A program made the translations under genes and the position numbers. Positions 63,548 through 64,000 of a DNA stretch of 64,000 nt are shown in pieces (position 1 is the first letter of the stretch; every line of letters begins with the position of its first letter). The notes beneath the pieces were generated by a model. That model saw nothing but the letters and a program-made list of their open reading frames with translations, was not told the DNA's origin and made no database searches. The DNA is taken from the NCBI GenBank assembly GCA_033762915.1, contig JANRLD010000007.1, positions 58,822-122,821 of the forward strand. Reading direction: 5' to 3'. The DNA is from Meiothermus sp. (GTDB lineage: Bacteria; Deinococcota; Deinococci; Deinococcales; Thermaceae).

Positions 63548-64000
63548 CTACTCCCGCCAGCGTACCTTCTCCTGCCAGTCCTTGCGGACGGGCTTGGGCC
63601 ACTCGAGCCCCGCCTTGGGGCGCCCGGCCATCAAGAAGCCCAGCAGCTTGTGCGGCGGCTCGAGGCCCACCAGCCTTGCGGTGTTCTCGTGGCGCACCGG
63701 CACCCCCGAAGTCCAGAAGCTCCCCAGACCCAGGCTGCGGGCCACCAGCTGCATATTCTGAACTGCGCCGGCCACCGCCGCCACCTCCTCCCACTCGGGG
63801 ATTTTGGGGTTGGTGTCCACCACCATCCCCAAAGAGATCCAGACCGGGGCCAGCCAGACCCGGTTGAGCTGGGCGTCGGAGTTCTCCTGGCTGAAGGCCT
63901 CGGGCGGCGTGCACAGCCGGTAGGACTCGGCAAAGGTCTGGCCCAGCGCCCCCCGCGCCTCGCCCGTGAACACCGTAAACCGCCAGGGCTGGGTGTTGCC
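63548..64000 (-). CDS. Nitroreductase family protein, 5' end outside the window
   Basis: GNTQPWRF and AVAGAVQNMQLVARSLGLGSFW motifs. Confidence 0.85.
   Translation of the reverse strand, partial: GNTQPWRFTVFTGEARGALGQTFAESYRLCTPPEAFSQENSDAQLNRVWLAPVWISLGMVVDTNPKIPEWEEVAAVAGAVQNMQLVARSLGLGSFWTSGVPVRHENTARLVGLEPPHKLLGFLMAGRPKAGLEWPKPVRKDWQEKVRWRE

Overview
High-GC chromosomal window (about 67% GC by eye). Gene content (fused-dimer HspR, LysW-type LysK, short GidA-like protein, ComZ-type pilin cluster, many leaderless genes) points to a Deinococcus-Thermus bacterium, probably Meiothermus/Calidithermus-like; this is an inference. Most genes are housekeeping or metabolic: ppc, pheST, trmH, tRNA-Gln, dprA, an M16C peptidase, sbtAB-like genes, ppsA/ppsR, yqeK, lysK, rsmA, hisC/B/H, plsY, ymdB and rnhB. 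No CRISPR array, intact transposase or prophage was seen. Six observations stand out. (1) An unannotated Phe-Phe leader peptide (MARRSFFT) with mutually exclusive antiterminator and terminator hairpins lies upstream of pheST. (2) A lower-GC NACHT/STAND gene ends in 102-bp near-identical HEAT-like repeats that vary mainly at a few codons, an NLR-like and possibly diversifying sensor. (3) The palindrome CTCGAG is roughly 10-fold over-represented, forces rare codons, and co-occurs with degenerate heptamer (STRR-like) repeats, echoing cyanobacterial HIP1/STRR. (4) Several families of miniature inverted-repeat elements occur, some ending exactly in stop codons and some stacked in arrays. (5) There are two paralogous ComZ/PilX-like loci. 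(6) An AddB-like gene with a degenerate nuclease motif has no adjacent addA. All assignments come from motif recognition by eye; no database searches were run.
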